Of a stretch of 64,000 nt of DNA, positions 12,110-21,590 are shown piece by piece. The position numbers were made by a program, and so were the translations under genes. The stretch is taken from contig CBEUCJ010000002.1 in NCBI GenBank assembly GCA_965541615.1, positions 31,795-95,794 of the forward strand. The letters are read 5' to 3'. Every line of letters starts with the position of its first letter. Position 1 is the stretch's first letter. This DNA is from an uncultured bacterium (GTDB taxonomy: Bacteria > Omnitrophota > Gorgyraeia > Duberdicusellales > CBEUCJ01). Under the pieces are notes generated by a model, which was not told where the DNA came from, did no database searches, and saw nothing but the letters and a program-made list of their open reading frames with translations.

Positions 12110-13090
12110 ATGAAGAGCAATATGAAAAGAGTATTAATAGGTGTAGATTGGGGGGGTACTTTCTTAAAAGTAGGCATTTTAGATTCTAAATTCTCAGTAA
12201 GAATAAAAAAGATCATACCTACAAAGGAGATTGAGAAGAAAAAAGATTTTTTATCCAAATTCCCACAGATAATAAAATCCATTCTCAAAAAAATTAATTT
12301 AACTGAAAAAAATGTAAGAGCTTTAGGTATTGGAGCTCCAGGAATAATCGATGTTAAAAAAGGCTATATATATGTGCTTCCTAATGTGAAAGGATGGGAA
12401 GGTGTAAATTTAAAAAAACTTTTAGAAAGAAGATTTAAATTTCCTGTTTTTATAGATAATGATGCAAATCTTATCGCTTTAGCTGAAAGCAGGTTAGGTG
12501 CAGGTAAGAACTTTAGTAATTTTTTATGCTTAACGTTAGGGACAGGTGTAGGAGGAGGTTTGATATTGAATAAGAAATTACACAGACCCAGAGGAATTTC
12601 AAATTGTGAGGCAGGTCATTTTTGTATAGATTTAGAAGGCAAACTCTGTGCTTGTGGGGCTAAAGGTTGCATTGAAACTTTTGTAGGTAATAAATATTTA
12701 ATAGATTTTTATAAAACTACTCATAAGAAATTACCTCCTCTGTTAAAAAAATTAATCTCAGTAGAAAATGAAAAAGAATTGACCCCAAAGATTCTGTACA
12801 AAGCAGCACTTACAGGAGATAAAGATAGTATAAAAGTCTTTAAGAGATTAGCACGAGCTTTAGGTTTTTATATAACAGGAGTAATAAATCTTTTAGGTTT
12901 GGAAGCTGTAATTATAGGGGGAGGAATAGCTAGCTCTTGGAGATTAATATCGAAAGATATAAAGAAAATAGTTAGAGAATATGCTATGCCACCTTTTAAT
13001 AGAACAGTAAAGATATTAAAGACTCAATTAAAAGAAGATGCAGGAATTTTAGGAGCAGGTATTTTAGCAAAAGAGGGGGTAGGAGTATGA
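12110..13090 (+). CDS. ROK family sugar kinase (glucokinase-like)
   Basis: [36 protein letters not shown]...CACG..GCIE. Confidence 0.93.
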   Translation: MKSNMKRVLIGVDWGGTFLKVGILDSKFSVRIKKIIPTKEIEKKKDFLSKFPQIIKSILKKINLTEKNVRALGIGAPGIIDVKKGYIYVLPNVKGWEGVNLKKLLERRFKFPVFIDNDANLIALAESRLGAGKNFSNFLCLTLGTGVGGGLILNKKLHRPRGISNCEAGHFCIDLEGKLCACGAKGCIETFVGNKYLIDFYKTTHKKLPPLLKKLISVENEKELTPKILYKAALTGDKDSIKVFKRLARALGFYITGVINLLGLEAVIIGGGIASSWRLISKDIKKIVREYAMPPFNRTVKILKTQLKEDAGILGAGILAKEGVGV

Positions 13091-13749
13091 AGATTTTTTT
13101 AGACACAGCTAATTTAGATCATATCAAAAAAGCATTAGAATGGGGAGTTTTAGATGGAGTAACTACTAATCCTACCTTACTCTCTAAGGAAGGTAAAGAC
13201 CCAATCTTGCAACTTAAGAAAATATGTGAGTTAGTAAAAGGTCCTGTAAGTGCAGAAGTAATAGGTTTAGATTCTCAAACTATGGTTACAGAAGCTCAAG
13301 AACTATCAAAAATAGCTCCTAATATTTGCATAAAGATACCTTTAACATTTGAAGGGTTAAAAGCAGTGAGAGTTTTAAAAGAGAAAGGTATAAAGACTAA
13401 CGTTACTTTGTGTTTTTCACCTTCTCAAGCACTGTTAGCTGCAAAAGCAGGAGCAGATTTTATTTCACCTTTTATAGGTAGATTAGATGATATTTCTTCT
13501 TATGGAATGAGATTAGTTTCAGATATAAAACTAATTTATGATAATTATGGGTTCAAAACTCAAATAATAGTAGCTTCTGTGAGGCATCCTATGCATGTTT
13601 TAGAAGCTGCTAAAATCGGAGCTCATATTTGCACACTACCTTTTGAAGTTTTAGAGAAATTAATAAAACACCCTTTAACTGATATAGGAATTCAAAGGTT
13701 TTTGCAAGATTGGAAAAAATTGCAGGATCTTTTAAAAGAAAAAGAATGA
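13087..13749 (+). CDS. tal: Transaldolase / fructose-6-phosphate aldolase (small TalC/MipB type)
   Basis: [41 protein letters not shown]. Confidence 0.93.
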   Translation: MKIFLDTANLDHIKKALEWGVLDGVTTNPTLLSKEGKDPILQLKKICELVKGPVSAEVIGLDSQTMVTEAQELSKIAPNICIKIPLTFEGLKAVRVLKEKGIKTNVTLCFSPSQALLAAKAGADFISPFIGRLDDISSYGMRLVSDIKLIYDNYGFKTQIIVASVRHPMHVLEAAKIGAHICTLPFEVLEKLIKHPLTDIGIQRFLQDWKKLQDLLKEKE

Positions 13750-15764
13750 AAAAATTTTTTCTTTTTGTCTTATTTTTTTTGTTAAACCCATTTGTGCATC
13801 CTCAAAAGAAAAAAGAGATCTTACCTATAAAAGTGAAAGCAGATAAAATTGAGTATTTTACTGAAAAAAATTTAATAAATGCAATTGGAAATGTAGTAAT
13901 TACTTACAAAGATGTAAGATTAACTTGCCAAAAAGCCCAAGTAAATACAAAGACTAAAGATGTTTTAGCAGAAGGTAAAGTTTTGGTAAAGACTACTTCA
14001 GGAAAAATTTTAAAATGCAAAAAGATACTATATAACTTAGATAAGAAAACAGGAAAGATTTTTAAAAGCAGATGGGAAGCAGCTCCTTTTTATGGATTTT
14101 CTGAAATTTCAGAGCAAATCTCTCAAAAACATTTGGTAGCAAAAAAAGCTTGGATTTCTACTTGCGATTTAGAAAAGCCTCACTGGAAATTATGTGCTAA
14201 AAGAGTAGATATTTATCCACAAGATAAGATAATAGCAAAGAATGTAGTAATGAAGATTTTAGATATACCTGTATTTTATTTTCCTGTTTATATTCAGCCT
14301 TTAAAAGATAGAGTTTTCAGATTTGGCATTATACCTGGTAGAGATAAAGAATGGGGATTGTACCTCCTTACTTATTACAGGTATTATCTTACTGAGGCTC
14401 TAAAAGGAAAATTGCGTTTGGATTGGAGAGAAAATTGGGGTATAGCTGAAGGTATAGATGCAGATTTGGATTTGAAAGAAAAAGGAGCAGTTAATTTAAA
14501 GCTCTATTGTACAGATGAAGAGAAAAAACTAAATGGTTTTTTCCGATACAGAGTAGATCTTTCTTCCAAAATGAATCCGTTCAAAGGCATGTATTTAGTA
14601 ACTGAGTTCCATAAATTTAAAGATAAAGAGTTCTTGAAAGATTATTTTTATCCTGAGTATGAAAAAAGACCTTTTCCAGAAAGTTATTTTTATATAAGTA
14701 AAAATTTTAAATCAGCATCTGTAGGTTTGGAAGTAAAAAAAAGAGCTAATCATTTCTTTACAGTTACTGAATTCTTACCCAAAGTTTGGTTTAAAATCTA
14801 TAACTACAATTTTAAAAATTTTTATTATGATTCTGAGTTAGAGTTTGTTAATTTCAACAAAAAATACGCTTCTTCAGATTTAGATATAGATTGTTTGAGA
14901 GTATTTTTTTCTCAAAGAATTTCTTTTCCTAAACAAGTAAAAGGTTTTACTTTTTTACTTTACACAGGGAGTGATATTGGTTTTTATTCTAAGACAAAAG
15001 ACACAGAAAATGTAACTAAAAGTAGCTTTAAGAGTGGAGTTTCTTTAAATACAAGTCTTTTTAAAATATATGAATTTCCAAAATTTTTTTTAAGACACAT
15101 AGTTGAGCCTAAAGTTTCATTTGATTTTATTAATAAACCCACTTTTGAGAAAGACAGACTCTTTATATTTGATTCTAAGGATAAAATAGACTATATTAAA
15201 AAATTTACTTTTACTTTAAACAACTTTGTAGATATGAAAAGAGAGTCTTTGAAAAAAAGACTTTTAAAATCAGAAATAGAAGTAGATTACTTTTTGGATT
15301 CTTATCAAGAAAAGGGCTTTAAAGATTTAAAAGAAAAATTAGAGTTCTTTATATTTAGAAAAATAAGGTTTAAAAATGATCTCACCTATTCCTTAAAAGA
15401 ACATCATCTTTTAAATACTTCATCTGATTTTACATTCCCTCTTTCTCAAAAAATTAAACTTAATGTGGGTCATTATTTTTCTCGTGATATCTCAAATTCT
15501 TTAACTGCACAGATAGATTTTTCTCCCAATTATAAATGGCAGTTTAGGTATTATCAAAGATATGATTTTAAAAGAGGAGAATTCAGTTACCATCAATTTA
15601 AAATTAGAAGAGATTTACATTGTTGGTTTTGTGATGTTATCATTACCAGAGATCAAAATAAAAATTGGGGTTTTTATATTGCCTTTAGATTAAAGGCATT
15701 TCCTAATATAGGTGTTGATTTTGAAACTACTTATCATGGACCTGGAAGTTCAGGAGAAAAATGA
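13746..15764 (+). CDS. lptD: LPS-assembly protein LptD-like outer-membrane protein
   Basis: Signal peptide from ATG 13746 (ATGA overlap with tal); OstA-like N-terminus (ADKIEY...A.GNV), STCD...PHW, PVFYFP, aromatic-rich beta strands, RDLHCW near the end. Confidence 0.82.
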   Translation: MKKFFLFVLFFLLNPFVHPQKKKEILPIKVKADKIEYFTEKNLINAIGNVVITYKDVRLTCQKAQVNTKTKDVLAEGKVLVKTTSGKILKCKKILYNLDKKTGKIFKSRWEAAPFYGFSEISEQISQKHLVAKKAWISTCDLEKPHWKLCAKRVDIYPQDKIIAKNVVMKILDIPVFYFPVYIQPLKDRVFRFGIIPGRDKEWGLYLLTYYRYYLTEALKGKLRLDWRENWGIAEGIDADLDLKEKGAVNLKLYCTDEEKKLNGFFRYRVDLSSKMNPFKGMYLVTEFHKFKDKEFLKDYFYPEYEKRPFPESYFYISKNFKSASVGLEVKKRANHFFTVTEFLPKVWFKIYNYNFKNFYYDSELEFVNFNKKYASSDLDIDCLRVFFSQRISFPKQVKGFTFLLYTGSDIGFYSKTKDTENVTKSSFKSGVSLNTSLFKIYEFPKFFLRHIVEPKVSFDFINKPTFEKDRLFIFDSKDKIDYIKKFTFTLNNFVDMKRESLKKRLLKSEIEVDYFLDSYQEKGFKDLKEKLEFFIFRKIRFKNDLTYSLKEHHLLNTSSDFTFPLSQKIKLNVGHYFSRDISNSLTAQIDFSPNYKWQFRYYQRYDFKRGEFSYHQFKIRRDLHCWFCDVIITRDQNKNWGFYIAFRLKAFPNIGVDFETTYHGPGSSGEK

Positions 15765-17068
15765 GTAGTTTTCTAAATCTTGAATACAAGATAAAAAATA
15801 AAAAAGCCAAAATCGGAATAATAGGGTTAGGATATGTAGGATTGAATTTAGCTGTGAGTTTTGCAAAAGCAGGTTTTATTGTAAAAGGCTATGACATAGA
15901 TAAAGAAAAGATAAAAAGTATTGAGAAAGGTCAAAGTTACATTATAGATGTTGAATCTCAGATTTTGAAGAAATTAATAAAAGAGAAAAGAATAGAAGTA
16001 TTCTTAACACCAGAATTTTTAAAATCTGTAGAGGTAGTATTAATCTGTGTGTCTACACCTCTTTCAAAGACTCGTCAGCCAGACCTTACAAATATTTTAA
16101 ATGTAACGAATTTAATTAAAAAATATATTCATAAAGAGATGTTAATAGTTTTAGAGAGTACTGTTTTTCCTGGAACTACTCAAGAACTCTTGTTGCCTGC
16201 ATTTTCAGAGACAGGCTTAAAAGTAGGAAAAGATTTTTTCTTATGTTCTTCTCCTGAGAGAATAGACCCAGCAAATAAAAGATTCAGGTTAGAAAACATT
16301 CCTAAACTTGTAGGAGGAGTTACAAGGAATTGTTCTAAATTAGCAGTTCTATTATATAAAAATATAATTAAAAACATCTTTGTTGTCTCAAACCCTAAGA
16401 CAGCTGAAATGGCTAAATTATTAGAAAATACATTTAGAGCAGTAAACATAGCCCTTGTTAATGAAATGGCTTTAATATGCAGAAAATTGAATATAGATAT
16501 TTGGGAAGTAATAGAATCTGCTTCTACCAAACCTTTTGGATTTATGAAATTTTTGCCAGGACCTGGTATAGGAGGAGAGTGCATTCCAGTAGATCCTTTG
16601 TATTTAGCATGGAAAGCTAGATTTGAAGGTTTCCAACCTCAATTAATAGAATTAGCTTCTCAAATTAATTTTTATATGCCTGAGTATGTTACTCATAGAA
16701 TATTAGAAATCCTTAACATGAATTCAAAGACTATAAGAAATTCAAAGATATTAATATTAGGAGTAGCTTACAAAAAAGATACTCAAGATACAAAAGAGTC
16801 CCCAGCTCTCACTATTATAAAAAATTTATTGACTCTCAAAGCAAGAGTTAATTTTTCAGATCCTTATGTAAATTTTATAGAGATAAATAATAGAAAACTC
16901 TTTTCTAAGAAATTAACTTCAAGACTTTTAAAAGAACAAGACTTAGTAGTAATAGTTACAGACCATTCTAAATTTGACTATAAGTTTATTTTAAATAACT
17001 CTGATTTAATCTTTGATTGTAGAGGAGTATATAAAAACTATAAAAATAAAAAAATCATAAAATTATGA
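15761..17068 (+). CDS. Nucleotide-sugar dehydrogenase (UDP-GlcNAc/ManNAc 6-dehydrogenase type)
   Basis: GLGYVG, LESTVFPGTT, SPERIDP, KLLENTFRAVNIALVNE, GPGIGGECIP. Confidence 0.93.
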   Translation: MSSFLNLEYKIKNKKAKIGIIGLGYVGLNLAVSFAKAGFIVKGYDIDKEKIKSIEKGQSYIIDVESQILKKLIKEKRIEVFLTPEFLKSVEVVLICVSTPLSKTRQPDLTNILNVTNLIKKYIHKEMLIVLESTVFPGTTQELLLPAFSETGLKVGKDFFLCSSPERIDPANKRFRLENIPKLVGGVTRNCSKLAVLLYKNIIKNIFVVSNPKTAEMAKLLENTFRAVNIALVNEMALICRKLNIDIWEVIESASTKPFGFMKFLPGPGIGGECIPVDPLYLAWKARFEGFQPQLIELASQINFYMPEYVTHRILEILNMNSKTIRNSKILILGVAYKKDTQDTKESPALTIIKNLLTLKARVNFSDPYVNFIEINNRKLFSKKLTSRLLKEQDLVVIVTDHSKFDYKFILNNSDLIFDCRGVYKNYKNKKIIKL

Positions 17069-18039
17069 GTCTTAGAAATAAAAAGATTTTGATAACAGGA
17101 GGTTGTGGGTTTATTGGTTCACATTTAGTGAGAAGATTAGTAAATCTGAGAGCCAAAATTTTTGTGATAGATAATTTGATCTCTTCACAGATTTTAAATA
17201 TAAAAGATGTGTTGAACAAAATAAAGTTTTTTAAAATAAGTATTACAGATTATAAAAAGTTAAAAAATATTTTTTCAGATTATAAATTTGATTTTATCTC
17301 TCATCAGGCAGCTTTAGTAAGTGTTGCTGAATCTATGGAAGATCCTGAAGAATACATAAAAGTAAATATCAAAGGAACTTTGTATCTTTTAGAGTTAGCC
17401 AGAAAAAATAAAGTTAAAAAATTCGTTTTTGCGTCTTCAAGTTCTGTTTATGGAGAAAAAGAAAAAGTTTATTTTAAAGAGTCAGATTCTCCAGAGCCTA
17501 TATCTATTTATGCTTTGACAAAATTAGCAGGAGAAAATTTATGTAATATTTTTTATAAAAATTTCAAATTGAAAACAGTCTCTTTAAGATATTTTAATGT
17601 GTATGGTCCTTTTCAATCCTTAAAATCTCAATATGCATGCGTAGTTCCAAAGTTTATAACCTGTATATTAAAAGAAGAGCCTCCTCCTATTTATGGAGAT
17701 GGAAAGCAATCGAGAGATTTTGTGTTTGTAGAAGATGTTGTAGAAGCAAATATTCTATCTTTTTTAAACTCTCAAGCAGATGGTCAAATTTTTAATGTAG
17801 CTACAGGCAGAGCTTACTCTGTCTTAGAATTATTAGATATTTTGAAAGAAATCTCAAATAAAAAAATTAAGCCCTTATTTTGTAAACCCCGTCCAGGAGA
17901 TGTTTTCTATACCAGAGCAAGTCTAAAAAAAGCAAAAAAAATATTGGGTTTTATACCTAAAGTAAGCTTTAAGAGAGGCCTAAAAATTACTTTTGATTGG
18001 TTTAGAAAAAATACTTGGTTTTGGAAAATTCAATTTTAA
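17065..18039 (+). CDS. NAD-dependent epimerase/dehydratase (UDP-GlcNAc/Glc 4-epimerase-like)
   Basis: TGGCGFIGSH, ASSSSVYG, YALTK, LRYFNVYGP, GDGKQSRDF. Confidence 0.92.
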   Translation: MSLRNKKILITGGCGFIGSHLVRRLVNLRAKIFVIDNLISSQILNIKDVLNKIKFFKISITDYKKLKNIFSDYKFDFISHQAALVSVAESMEDPEEYIKVNIKGTLYLLELARKNKVKKFVFASSSSVYGEKEKVYFKESDSPEPISIYALTKLAGENLCNIFYKNFKLKTVSLRYFNVYGPFQSLKSQYACVVPKFITCILKEEPPPIYGDGKQSRDFVFVEDVVEANILSFLNSQADGQIFNVATGRAYSVLELLDILKEISNKKIKPLFCKPRPGDVFYTRASLKKAKKILGFIPKVSFKRGLKITFDWFRKNTWFWKIQF

Positions 18040-18834
18040 ATGATAAAAGTATTGATTACAGAGATCGAAAGTTCTTTGGGAGTGCATTTATCTGAATACC
18101 TTTTAAAATTAGAAAATGTAGAGATCTATGGTATTTTAAAATCAGATTCTAAAGAAGAGAAAATAGTTTCTATAAAAGATCAGGTAAAAATTTACAAGCA
18201 AAGTAAAAAAGATTTTTCAATAAGAAAGATCTTAGAAGAAGTAAAACCACACAAAATATTCTGTTTTAAAAATTTTGAAACTGAAATTTTAAAAGAGACA
18301 AAAAATGTATCTCCAGAAACTATAATTCAGATAGAGATGATAGGAGATTTCCCTACAATCTTTGAAAATTTAAAAATAATTTTTACCAAAACTCCTCTTT
18401 ATACAGGTCCTTTAGTAGAATCTTCTGAAGATCCTTTTTTTTCAAAGTTAGCTGAGCAGATAGTTTTAATAGAAAAAGGATTTAAAGAACCTGTAATACA
18501 TTTAAAGGAAGTAAAAACATTACCTGTTCTAGATGTAAGAGATTTAGTGAAAGCTTATTGGTTAATAACAGAGGTAGGTAGATTCAGAGAGGTTTATGGA
18601 ATTTATTCAAGAAAGTATAGATTAAAAGAAATTTTAAATCTTTTTTTAAGTCTTTCTCAAATAAAACCTGAAATAAAATATACTTTTGAAGATGAAAAAA
18701 TTATATTTTCTATTTCTGAAGAGGAAGTAAAGAACTTTAAAAAAAGAGCATATTGGCGTCCACAAATTCCTATACACATAACATTCAGAGATTTATTAAA
18801 CTGGTATAGGAAAAAAATTACCAAAAAATTATAG
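18040..18834 (+). CDS. Degenerate GDP-mannose dehydratase/reductase-like extended SDR
   Basis: KVLIT...LG.HL.EYLL, I...KP..IF, DVRDLVKAYWL, W.PQIP...T..DLLNWYR retained; no GxxGxxG and no clear YxxxK. Confidence 0.65.
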   Translation: MIKVLITEIESSLGVHLSEYLLKLENVEIYGILKSDSKEEKIVSIKDQVKIYKQSKKDFSIRKILEEVKPHKIFCFKNFETEILKETKNVSPETIIQIEMIGDFPTIFENLKIIFTKTPLYTGPLVESSEDPFFSKLAEQIVLIEKGFKEPVIHLKEVKTLPVLDVRDLVKAYWLITEVGRFREVYGIYSRKYRLKEILNLFLSLSQIKPEIKYTFEDEKIIFSISEEEVKNFKKRAYWRPQIPIHITFRDLLNWYRKKITKKL

Positions 18835-18862
18835 TTGACATGATTTTTGAAAAATGTATATT
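18835..18862 (+). promoter_or_regulatory. Sigma70-type promoter upstream of ino1
   Basis: TTGACA (18835-18840), 16 nt, TATATT (18857-18862); strong AGGAGG RBS before ATG 18970. Confidence 0.6.
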
Positions 18863-18969
18863 TATATTATTAATATAAAACTACCTAAAGAAATTTAAAA
18901 TCTTTTCTGTATTTTCATTCTTTTTAAGAGATTCAAAAAATTTGTTAACCTAAAAAGGAGGGAAAGAAG

Positions 18970-20067
18970 ATGAAAAAGATTAGAATAGCATTAATTGGTG
19001 TAGGGAATTGTGCAAGTAGTTTAATTCAGGGAATTTATTATTATAAAAATAAAAAATCTTCTCAAAAAATACCAGGATTAATGCATTTTGAGATTGGAGG
19101 TTATAAACCTGGTGATATAGAAGTTGTAGCTGCATTTGATATAGACAAAAGAAAAGTAGGTAAAGACGTAAGAGATGCCATCTTCACACAACCTAATTGC
19201 ACTACTATTTTTTATAAAGATGTGCCTAAATTAGGAGTAAAAGTACTAAAAGGAAAAGTTTTAGATGGATATTCAGCTCATATGGCAGAATATCCAGAAG
19301 ATAAATCTTTTGTAATTTCAGAAGAAGAAGAAGTTGATATTGTAAAAGTCTTAAAAGAAACAAAAGCAGAGATAGCTTTAAATTACTTACCTGTAGGATC
19401 TGAAGAAGCATCTAGATTCTATGCTAACTGCTGTTTAGAAGCAGGTGTTGCTTTCATAAACTGTATGCCTACTTTTATTGCTTCAGATAAAATTTGGGCA
19501 AAGAGATTTGAGGAAAAAGGAATCCCCATAGTAGGAGATGATATAAAATCTCAATTAGGAGCTACTATCGTTCACAGAACTCTTGCGAAATTATTTTTAG
19601 ACAGAGGAGTAAAGTTAGATAGAACCTATCAAATAAATATAGGAGGAAATGCAGACTTTTTAAATATGTTAGCAAGAGAAAGGTTAAAATCAAAAAAGAT
19701 ATCTAAAACTCAAGCTGTGCAATCCATATTAGACGTTCCTTTAGAAACAGAAAACATTCATATAGGACCTTCTGATTATATTCCATGGTTAAAGGACAAC
19801 AAAATCTGTTATATAAGAATGGATGGTAGAATCTTTGGAGATGTGCCTATAAGTTTAGAATTAAGATTAAGTGTTGAAGACTCACCTAACTCTGCAGGTT
19901 CTGTAATAGATGCTATCAGATGCTGCAAATTAGCTTTAGATAGGAAAATAGGAGGAGCTTTAATTTCAATCTCTGCTTATACTATGAAGCATCCTCCCAA
20001 ACAATTTCCAGATGAAAAAGCCAAGCAAATGGTAGAAGAATTTATTCAAGGCAAACGCCAAAGGTAA
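18970..20067 (+). CDS. ino1: myo-inositol-1-phosphate synthase
   Basis: GVGNCASSL.QG, NYLPVGSE, GDDIKSQ.GAT..HR, GGNADFLNM, DSPNSAG. Confidence 0.96.
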   Translation: MKKIRIALIGVGNCASSLIQGIYYYKNKKSSQKIPGLMHFEIGGYKPGDIEVVAAFDIDKRKVGKDVRDAIFTQPNCTTIFYKDVPKLGVKVLKGKVLDGYSAHMAEYPEDKSFVISEEEEVDIVKVLKETKAEIALNYLPVGSEEASRFYANCCLEAGVAFINCMPTFIASDKIWAKRFEEKGIPIVGDDIKSQLGATIVHRTLAKLFLDRGVKLDRTYQINIGGNADFLNMLARERLKSKKISKTQAVQSILDVPLETENIHIGPSDYIPWLKDNKICYIRMDGRIFGDVPISLELRLSVEDSPNSAGSVIDAIRCCKLALDRKIGGALISISAYTMKHPPKQFPDEKAKQMVEEFIQGKRQR

Positions 20068-20076
20068 AGTGTTAAT

Positions 20077-21402
20077 TTGAAGGTATTAATAATTGCAGCA
20101 GGTAAAGGAGAGAGATTAAAGCCACTGATTAAAGATTTACCAAAACCTTTAACCCCTCTATTAGGCCTGTCTCTAATTGAAAGAGTAATCCTCACCTGTA
20201 GAAAAACTGGTTTTAGAGAATTCTTAGTAGTTGTAGGATTTAAATCTCAAATGATAAAAAATAAGATAGGTAATGGTCAAAAATACAAAGTAAACATTGG
20301 GTACATTGAGAATAATGAATGGACAAAAGGAAATGGAATTTCAGTCTTGAAAGCAAAAGATTTCTTAAAAGAAGAATTTATCCTTTTAATGGCAGACCAC
20401 ATTTTTGATGTAAAGATTTTAGAAAAAATAAGAGATTTTTGTATAAATAAAGATGAATGTGTTTTAGCTATAGATAAAAATCCTACAAGGTTTATAGACA
20501 TACAAGAAGCTACAAAAGTAAAAACGGAAGGAGATTACATTATTGATATTGGAAAAAATATTTCAGATTACAATGGTTTAGATTGTGGAATATTTAAAGC
20601 AACTCCTGTTCTTTTTGAAGCTTTAGAGGAAAGTGTGAAAAAAGGAGCTCAGACTCTTACAGATGGTATAAGACTTTTAGCAAAAAATAAGAGAATGAGA
20701 TATTTAGAGATAGAAAAAGATAATTTTTGGATAGATATAGATACACCTTCTGATTTGGAAAAGGCTGAAAAGATCTTATGTAAAGATTTGGTAAAGCTAA
20801 CTGATGGTCCTATATCCAGATTTTTAAATAGACCTATTTCAATAAGGATATCAAAATTTTTAGTAAGAACTGAAGTTACACCAAATTTTATATCTTTTTT
20901 AAGTTTTGGTTTGAGTATAATTTCAGCTTGGTTTTTTTCTTTAGGAGATTATCTTTCTAACATATTAGCTGGAGTTATAGCTCAACTCTCTTCAATAATA
21001 GATGGATGTGATGGTGAAATAGCCAGATTAAAATTTAAAGAATCTGAATATGGAGCTTGGTTCGATGCAGTTTTAGACAGGTATGCAGATGCTTTAATCA
21101 TTATAGGTATGACAATAGGAATTTATAGATTTCTAATAGAGCCTAAAATATTGATCACAGGTTTTCTGGCATTAACTGGTTCTTTTATGATGAGTTACAC
21201 AGCTGATAAATATGATTCTATTTTCAGAAGGAAAAAAGTTTTGCCAAAAGTAAGGTTAGGAAGAGATGTGAGATTATTCTTGATAATGATAGGAGCCTTT
21301 TTTAACAAGATATTTTTAACTCTGTTCATATTGGCTTTATTTTCAAATTTGGAAGTAATAAGAAGAATTTATATATTAAAGAAAAAAATTAAACCTGCCT
21401 GA
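20077..21402 (+). CDS. Bifunctional CTP:inositol-1-phosphate cytidylyltransferase / di-myo-inositol-phosphate-phosphate synthase (IPCT/DIPPS), TTG start
   Basis: NTP-transferase domain (AAGKGERL...PKPL, MADH, WIDIDT) fused to a CDP-alcohol phosphotransferase (DG.ISR.LNR.IS, TPN, DGCDGEIAR...G...D...D); next to ino1. Confidence 0.92.
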   Translation: MKVLIIAAGKGERLKPLIKDLPKPLTPLLGLSLIERVILTCRKTGFREFLVVVGFKSQMIKNKIGNGQKYKVNIGYIENNEWTKGNGISVLKAKDFLKEEFILLMADHIFDVKILEKIRDFCINKDECVLAIDKNPTRFIDIQEATKVKTEGDYIIDIGKNISDYNGLDCGIFKATPVLFEALEESVKKGAQTLTDGIRLLAKNKRMRYLEIEKDNFWIDIDTPSDLEKAEKILCKDLVKLTDGPISRFLNRPISIRISKFLVRTEVTPNFISFLSFGLSIISAWFFSLGDYLSNILAGVIAQLSSIIDGCDGEIARLKFKESEYGAWFDAVLDRYADALIIIGMTIGIYRFLIEPKILITGFLALTGSFMMSYTADKYDSIFRRKKVLPKVRLGRDVRLFLIMIGAFFNKIFLTLFILALFSNLEVIRRIYILKKKIKPA

Positions 21403-21427
21403 AAGATTTTTCTTTTATATAAAATTG

Positions 21428-21456
21428 TTGAAAAAAGAATGAAAAATAAATAAAAT
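21428..21456 (+). promoter_or_regulatory. Putative promoter for tRNA-Thr and downstream genes
   Basis: TTGAAA (21428-21433), 17 nt, TAAAAT (21451-21456); AT-rich background lowers specificity. Confidence 0.5.
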
Positions 21457-21493
21457 TAAAAAAATTATCAATTTTTAAATTACTTTTCTAAAA

Positions 21494-21565
21494 GCCCACG
21501 TAGCTCAGTGGTAGAGCACCTCACTCGTAATGAGGGGGTCGCAGGTTCAAATCCTGCCGTGGGCT
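21494..21565 (+). tRNA. tRNA-Thr (anticodon CGU), CCA not encoded
   Basis: Acceptor GCCCACG/CGTGGGC, D arm GCTC..GAGC, anticodon arm CCTCA-CT CGT AA-TGAGG, T arm GCAGG-TTCAAAT-CCTGC. Confidence 0.97.
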
Positions 21566-21590
21566 TTTAAAAAAGGAGGAAAACTCAAAG

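Noticed and set aside
18863-18969. ino1 leader as a riboswitch or RNA thermometer
   Set aside because: Only weak A/U pairing (AATCTTTT/AAGAGATT), no conserved aptamer, and no convincing helix over the SD
18835-21565. DIP cassette as a tRNA-integrated island
   Set aside because: It lies 5' of the tRNA, no integrase is present and no duplicated tRNA fragment (att site) was found
21403-21590. SAM or cobalamin riboswitch or T-box upstream of metE
   Set aside because: The only structured element is the tRNA; just 25 nt remain before the ATG
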